Below, in pieces: positions 62,387 through 64,000 of a stretch of DNA of 64,000 nt. The notes beneath the pieces were generated by a model, which worked only from the letters and a program-made list of their open reading frames with translations, did not search any database and was not told where the DNA came from. A program made the translations under genes and the position numbers. The stretch covers positions 96,001 through 160,000 of the forward strand of contig CBDCWI010000001.1 in assembly GCA_965223325.1 (NCBI GenBank), written 5' to 3'. The DNA is from Candidatus Multivoradales bacterium (GTDB lineage Bacteria > Acidobacteriota > Thermoanaerobaculia > Multivoradales > Multivoraceae). Positions within the stretch are counted from its first letter, which is position 1. Each line of letters opens with the position of its first letter.

Positions 62387-63675
62387 GACGACCGCTTGTA
62401 GGCCCGCGGATCCAGATCGTACGGCAGCGGCGTCAGGTTGCGCACGCCGTCTGCTTCAACCACCAGCAGATCCTCGAGTCGCACCCCGAAGCCGGCCTCG
62501 ACATCGTAGAGCCCAGGTTCGATTGTCACCACGTCACCTTGCTCGAGCGTGTGGTCCGGCGCATCGCCGCCGCGCGACGACCCCCGCAGAGCCGGAAGCT
62601 CATGAAGTTCGAAACCGACACCGTGGCCCAGCGTGTGCACATAGCCGGTTTCGGATCCGGGATCGGAACGCAGTGTCGGCCAACCGCGCTCCTCATAGAG
62701 GTCACAGGTTGCATCCTGCAGTTTCGCACCCGTTACCCCGGGGCGGGCAGCCCCGGTCGCACCTTCGAGAGCCGCCAGCGTGTCGCTCCAGGCACGCGCC
62801 AGTTCTCCTCCTGGCTCCCCGACACAGAAGGTGCGGGTACAGTCTGCGAACAGTCGGCCACGGGGAAAGAGATCGACCACCAGCCCCTCGCCCGTCACCA
62901 GCACACGCTCGTTGGTCCCGGCGTTGTGAGGCACTCCACCCTCCTCGCCCGGAGCCAGGATACTGCCCTCCGATTGGTCGAGCCCGGCGCTACCGAAACA
63001 CTCTGCGACGAGCCCGCGCAGATCGCCGACGCGTAACCGCTCGCCGCCGAGCCAGAGTTCAGCACCCCGACCCCGACTGGCCGGCTCGGCATCGGCCAGC
63101 GCACCGGCTATCGCACGAAAGGCCCGGCACACGACTCCTGCCACCCGCTCGATCTCGGCGATCTCGTGCGCCGACTTCACCTTGCGTACCCGCCGCATGA
63201 GGTCGTGTCCCGAAACCAGTCGATAGCCAGCGCTTTCCAGCTCGCGCGCCGCTTCGACCATGTTGCCCAGCGCCTCGTGCCCGGCGAGAGCGACCACACC
63301 GGGCTCGATCTCGCCATTGAGGAGCGCCTTGCCGAGCACCCACGCCAGAGCAGCGCCCGGGCCATCGCTCTCACGCTGCGCCTTGGCGACTTCGAGGCGC
63401 GCCGGGTCGATCACTTCGAGGCCGGTCGCTTCGGCCTCGCCCCGGTCGAGTGACGAGAAGAAGGCCAGGCGCGGGGCATCCCCGGGTCGCGCGACGACTG
63501 CTAACTGACCAATACGGACCTCGCCCAGAAACGGCGCGGCATCTGGATCACGCGCGTTGTGTCCCACCACCAGAAGCCCCGAGGCGCCAAGCGCCTCGAG
63601 CTCATGAGCCAGGCGATCTTGCCTCGCCTCTTCTCGCGGCGAGCTTCCGGCTCCCCGACCGCTCACCTCGCGCAA
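62383..63675 (-). CDS. M24 family Xaa-Pro aminopeptidase
   Basis: RKVKSAHEI, PH, VVDLFP..ADCTRT, HTLGHGVG..HELP, TIEPGLY, GVRLED. Confidence 0.92.
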   Translation of the reverse strand: MREVSGRGAGSSPREEARQDRLAHELEALGASGLLVVGHNARDPDAAPFLGEVRIGQLAVVARPGDAPRLAFFSSLDRGEAEATGLEVIDPARLEVAKAQRESDGPGAALAWVLGKALLNGEIEPGVVALAGHEALGNMVEAARELESAGYRLVSGHDLMRRVRKVKSAHEIAEIERVAGVVCRAFRAIAGALADAEPASRGRGAELWLGGERLRVGDLRGLVAECFGSAGLDQSEGSILAPGEEGGVPHNAGTNERVLVTGEGLVVDLFPRGRLFADCTRTFCVGEPGGELARAWSDTLAALEGATGAARPGVTGAKLQDATCDLYEERGWPTLRSDPGSETGYVHTLGHGVGFELHELPALRGSSRGGDAPDHTLEQGDVVTIEPGLYDVEAGFGVRLEDLLVVEADGVRNLTPLPYDLDPRAYKRSS

Positions 63676-63683
63676 CCGGTCAT

Positions 63684-64000
63684 TCAGGTCACAGCATTCT
63701 GGGCAGACTGCAGACCCTCGGCGACAAAGTTCTCGATCTGCGGACGTGGCAGGGCGCCCATGGTGCGTGCGGCGACCTCACCGTTCTTGAACAGGATCAG
63801 GGTGGGAATGCTCTGTACGCCGTACTGGGCTGCGGTTTCACGTGCGGCATCGACATCGACCTTGACGATCTTGAGGTTTCCGGCATGATCACCCGCCATC
63901 TCCTCGAGAACCGGCGCGATCTGGCGACAGGGGCCGCACCACGTCGCCCAGAAGTCGACCAGGACAGGTTGCTCGGACTGGACGACTTCGCTCTCGAAGT
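63684..64000 (-). CDS. trxA: Thioredoxin (5' end lies outside the window)
   Basis: Frame extends to the window edge: PVLVDFWATWCGPCRQIAP..KVDVD..GVQSIPTL. Confidence 0.95.
   Translation of the reverse strand, partial: FESEVVQSEQPVLVDFWATWCGPCRQIAPVLEEMAGDHAGNLKIVKVDVDAARETAAQYGVQSIPTLILFKNGEVAARTMGALPRPQIENFVAEGLQSAQNAVT

Overview
This is a high-GC (roughly two-thirds G+C by eye) bacterial chromosomal window. Gene order and content (rimP-nusA-infB-DUF503-rbfA-nrnA-truB-rpsO-pnp; rpsA-IHF/HU-lpxB-yicC-gmk-rpoZ-coaBC-udg; M23-secA-guaB; Hanks kinases, TPR and BTAD proteins) suggest Acidobacteriota; this is an inference. It is mostly housekeeping, and I found no tRNA, rRNA, CRISPR array, integrase or transposase. 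The main unexplained structure is a 1.4-kb tandem array of a structured 240-bp unit starting at the guaB stop codon (59934-61337). Its first 114 bp look like a CTAG-flanked, TIR-bounded MITE, with one left end but seven right ends and shuffled variants between copies. Other notable signals: (1) a ~21-bp repeat found both inside a kinase linker and intergenically; (2) at least five genes with a -10 box 6-7 nt before the start codon, suggesting leaderless mRNAs; (3) SARP-like heptamers with 11-bp period next to a BTAD regulator; (4) long, hairpin-rich leaders before rimP, rpsO, rpsA and the M23 gene; (5) oppositely charged low-complexity tails on PNPase (RGG) versus NusA and S1 (acidic).
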